From: Verrucomicrobiaceae bacterium
GTDB lineage: Bacteria; Verrucomicrobiota; Verrucomicrobiia; Verrucomicrobiales; Akkermansiaceae
Direction: 5' to 3'
Assembly: GCA_051252135.1 (NCBI GenBank)
Contig: JBPOGH010000003.1
Location: 32,001 to 96,000 of the forward strand
Length of the DNA: 64,000 nucleotides
Part shown: positions 60,766 to 64,000 of the stretch, one piece after another
Numbering within the stretch: position 1 is the first letter of the stretch
How the letters are laid out: each line of letters begins with the position of its first letter
Program-made: the position numbers and the translations under genes
Notes under the pieces: model-generated
Seen by the model: only the letters and a program-made list of their open reading frames with translations
Told to the model about the DNA's origin: nothing
The model's database searches: none

Positions 60766-63700
60766 ATGCTTCTCGACCTCATCACCTCTTCCGACCCCGA
60801 CGTCCGCAACCGCTCACTTGCCGACGCCTGCTCCGGACTCACCTCGGACCAACTGCTTGCCGAATGCGCCATTCTCGACGCCTTCCGCCGAGACTCGGAA
60901 AGCCTCTACAATCAAGTCCGCGCCCTCTTCTTCCTCTCCGCAATCCACCGCTTCCACCTCCCCAACCTCCTCGAAGGCGAACCATCCGGATCCATCCCTT
61001 TTCCCGGATACGAAGACCTCCTCGGCCGCCGTTTCGAAGAAGCCATCGACACCTTCCTCGCACAACAAACCGAACAAGGTGCCACCGACGCCCTCTCCTC
61101 CGCCCTCGCCTCGGCTTACCACCAACTCGCCTTCCAGACCCTCGCCGACCAGGTCCGCAAATCCGTCCGCACCGTGCGCGGCAACCAATGGATGTTCCGC
61201 ATGGGCCACCCCGCCGACCAACCCCTCCGCATCCGCCCCGAACTCCTCACGGAAACCAACCACCTCTTCCCCGTCCTCCGCGAACAAACCCCCGTCCGCA
61301 TGGACCTCACCCACTCCGCGTGGTCCGATATCTTCTTCCTCGGCATGGACTACCCCGAGGGCGCACGCGTCCTCAACGTCTCTGTCGACCTCGCCGTCCA
61401 CGGACGCGATGACACCCCCAAACCACCCGTCGAAGCCTACCTCCGCGTCATCGATAAACCCGTCCTGCGCCTCACCTCCATCGACCTCAAGGCCTCCGCG
61501 GAAATCTCCTCACTCTCGGAAGTCTTCGACTTCGCAAAAGACTACCTCGGCCTCCTCAAAGCCGCCGTCATCGCCTCCGGCATCATCCCTCCCGGCATCG
61601 AGGGCTCCGGCGAATCACTCGCCGACCTCCTCGAACAAGTCGCCGGACACGGGCGCGGCCTCGAAGTAATCTCCTCGGTCAACGACATCCCCAAAGGCTC
61701 ACGCCTCGCCGTCTCCACCAACCTCCTCGCCGCCCTCATCGCCGCCTGCATGCGTGCCACCGGGCAAACCGAATCACTCACCGGTGACCTCACCGAGGAC
61801 GAACGCCGCCTCGTCCTCGCCCGCGCCATCCTCGGCGAATGGATCGGCGGCTCCGGCGGCGGCTGGCAGGACTCCGGCGGCGTCTGGCCCGGCATCAAAC
61901 TCATCGAGGGCGAGATCGCCGGCGAGACCGACCCCGAGCACGGCGTCTCCCGCGGCCGCCTCATGCCCAAACACCGCGTCTTCTCCTCTCAGGAAATTTC
62001 CCGGGAATCACGCCAGGCCCTCCAGGACTCCCTCATCCTCGTCCACGGCGGCATGGCTCAAAACGTCGGCCCCATCCTCGAGATGGTCACCGAAAAATAC
62101 CTCCTCCGCTCCACCGCCGAATGGCAGGGCCGCAAAGAAGCCCTCGGACTCCTCGACCAGGTCCTCGAATCCCTCAAAGCCGGAGACATCAAACAACTCG
62201 GAAAACTCACCACCGACAACTTCCGCGGCCCCCTCCAAACCATCATCCCCTGGGCCACCAACCACTTCACCGAAACCCTCATCGCACGCGCCGAGGCCGA
62301 ATTCGGCGACGACTTCTGGGGCTTCTGGATGCTCGGCGGCATGTCCGGCGGCGGCATGGGATTCATCGTCGACCCCAAGCGCAAAAAAGAAGCCCTCGTC
62401 CGTCTCGAGGAAATCATGATCACCACCAAGCGCGAACTGGAGAACGCCCTCCCCTTCGCCATGGACCCCGTCGTCTACGATTTCCAAATCAACCCCCACG
62501 GCACCTACTCCCACCTCTTCGAAGGAGCAGACGCCCTCCTCCCCCCCGGATACTACCAACTCAGCATCGCCCGACTTCTCCGCAAAAAATCCAAAAAACT
62601 CTCCCCAAAAGACCGCGCCGAGCTCGACCAATTCGCCTACGCCTGCCGCACCCAACCCAAGTTCGAAAACTCCGTCCAGGCCCTCTTCGACACCCTCATC
62701 CCGCGCATGGATGACCGCGATCAGGCAGGCGGCTCCCTCAAAGAACTCCTCAAAAATAACGGCTTCGACCGCGCCCAGCACGAAGCCATCCGCGAAGACC
62801 TCCTCAACGGACGCATCGGCCTCTCCCAAAACCGCCTCCCCGCCAGCACCCGCATCGAGGACGTCCTCCCCGAGGACATCACCGACTACTCCGCCACCAG
62901 CCCTTCAGCCGATCTCATCGCCCTCGGAAACCAGGCCCTCGCCGGAGGAAGCGTCGGCGTCATCTCACTCGCCGCCGGAGCCGGCTCCCGCTGGACCCAG
63001 GGCGCCGGAGTCTGCAAAGCCCTCCACCCCTTCTCCAGCTTCTCCGGCCGCCACCGCACCTTCGTCGAGACCCACCTCGCCAAATCCCGCAAGCGCGGCT
63101 CTCAGGCCGGCACCCCCATCCCCCACCTCTTCACCACCTCCTACCTCACCCACGGCCCCACCCAACACTTCCTCGGCCACCAAGAAAACTACAACTACCC
63201 CGGCCCACTCCTCCTCTCCCCCGGAAAATCCGTCGGCCTCCGCATGGTCCCCACCGAGCGCGACCTCCGCTTCGCCTGGGAAGAAATGCCCCAGCAAACC
63301 CTCGACGAGCAGCAACAAAAAATGCGCAAGTCCGGTCGCTCCGCCCTCATCAAATGGGCCACCTCACAAGGCGAAGCCAGCGACTACACCGACAACCTCC
63401 CCCTCCAGTGCCTCCACCCCGTCGGCCACTTCTTCGAAGTTCCCAACCTCCTCCTCAACGGCACCCTCGCCACCCTCCTCAAAGAACGCCCGCAGCTCCA
63501 AACCCTCATGCTGCATAACATCGATACCCTCGGTGCCGATCTCGACCCCGGCCTCCTCGGCCACCACCTCAACTCCGGCTCCGGCCTCACCTTCGAGGTC
63601 ATCACCCGCCGACTCGAAGACCGCGGTGGCGGCCTCGCCCGCGTCAACAAACGCCCCCGCCTCCTCGAAGGCCTCGCCCTCCCGCGCGAGGAAGACGAAT

Positions 63701-64000
63701 TCTCCCTCTCCTACTACAACACCATGACGACCTGGATCGACCTCGACCAGCTCCTCACCCTCTTCGGCCTCACCCGCGACGACCTCCTCTCCGACAACCG
63801 GGAAAAAATCGCCGCCGGAGTCCGTGACGTCGCCGCCAAACTCCCCACCTACATCACCATCAAGGAAGTAAAAAAACGCTGGGGCAACGGACAGGAGGAC
63901 ATCTTCCCCGTCCTCCAGTTCGAAAAACTCTGGTCGGACCTCACCACCCTCCCCGAAATCCAGTCCGACTTCCTCGTCGTCCCCCGCCTTCGCGGCCAAC
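60766..64000 (+). CDS. GHMP sugar kinase / UDP-sugar pyrophosphorylase fusion, 3'-truncated by the window edge (>1078 aa)
   Basis: ATG at 60766 ([18 protein letters not shown]). In-frame motifs PVRMDL...[14 protein letters not shown] (~61690), GGSGGGWQD (~61850), [10 protein letters not shown] (~62335), then LAAGAGSRW...K (~62970), PVGH and HNIDTLGA. Not in the ORF track because no stop falls inside the window. Confidence 0.85.
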   Translation, partial: MLLDLITSSDPDVRNRSLADACSGLTSDQLLAECAILDAFRRDSESLYNQVRALFFLSAIHRFHLPNLLEGEPSGSIPFPGYEDLLGRRFEEAIDTFLAQQTEQGATDALSSALASAYHQLAFQTLADQVRKSVRTVRGNQWMFRMGHPADQPLRIRPELLTETNHLFPVLREQTPVRMDLTHSAWSDIFFLGMDYPEGARVLNVSVDLAVHGRDDTPKPPVEAYLRVIDKPVLRLTSIDLKASAEISSLSEVFDFAKDYLGLLKAAVIASGIIPPGIEGSGESLADLLEQVAGHGRGLEVISSVNDIPKGSRLAVSTNLLAALIAACMRATGQTESLTGDLTEDERRLVLARAILGEWIGGSGGGWQDSGGVWPGIKLIEGEIAGETDPEHGVSRGRLMPKHRVFSSQEISRESRQALQDSLILVHGGMAQNVGPILEMVTEKYLLRSTAEWQGRKEALGLLDQVLESLKAGDIKQLGKLTTDNFRGPLQTIIPWATNHFTETLIARAEAEFGDDFWGFWMLGGMSGGGMGFIVDPKRKKEALVRLEEIMITTKRELENALPFAMDPVVYDFQINPHGTYSHLFEGADALLPPGYYQLSIARLLRKKSKKLSPKDRAELDQFAYACRTQPKFENSVQALFDTLIPRMDDRDQAGGSLKELLKNNGFDRAQHEAIREDLLNGRIGLSQNRLPASTRIEDVLPEDITDYSATSPSADLIALGNQALAGGSVGVISLAAGAGSRWTQGAGVCKALHPFSSFSGRHRTFVETHLAKSRKRGSQAGTPIPHLFTTSYLTHGPTQHFLGHQENYNYPGPLLLSPGKSVGLRMVPTERDLRFAWEEMPQQTLDEQQQKMRKSGRSALIKWATSQGEASDYTDNLPLQCLHPVGHFFEVPNLLLNGTLATLLKERPQLQTLMLHNIDTLGADLDPGLLGHHLNSGSGLTFEVITRRLEDRGGGLARVNKRPRLLEGLALPREEDEFSLSYYNTMTTWIDLDQLLTLFGLTRDDLLSDNREKIAAGVRDVAAKLPTYITIKEVKKRWGNGQEDIFPVLQFEKLWSDLTTLPEIQSDFLVVPRLRGQ

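Noticed and set aside
60650..63999. Many short ORFs listed in the track at the right end
   Set aside because: They are off-frame or antisense shadows of the single long gene starting at 60766.

Overview
Bacterial chromosomal DNA, most likely from a Verrucomicrobiota genome. This rests on three PEP-CTERM genes, the PSCyt/DUF1553-DUF1501 pair, an ECF sigma factor with a FecR-LamG partner, and a short atpH. The left ~12 kb is a mosaic sulfated-polysaccharide locus: four formylglycine-type sulfatases, a GH107-like endo-fucoidanase and an unclassified beta-propeller hydrolase. It also holds an IS4-like MITE and a decayed 167-bp copy of a sulfatase 3' end that brackets the GH107 gene. The middle encodes surface and secreted proteins, an MscK-like channel, a cytochrome c-PA14/propeller pair, and an ECF/anti-sigma pair divergent from fucP plus a GH29 fucosidase. 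The right part has the F-type ATP synthase operon (with a lipoprotein gene between atpG and atpD), a pseudokinase-FGE protein and pabB. It ends with a degenerate GalU-like gene followed by a >1078-aa GHMP sugar kinase/UDP-sugar pyrophosphorylase fusion that runs off the window and is missing from the ORF track. I found no rRNA, tRNA, CRISPR array, integrase or reverse transcriptase. All family calls come from motif recognition by eye; no searches were run.
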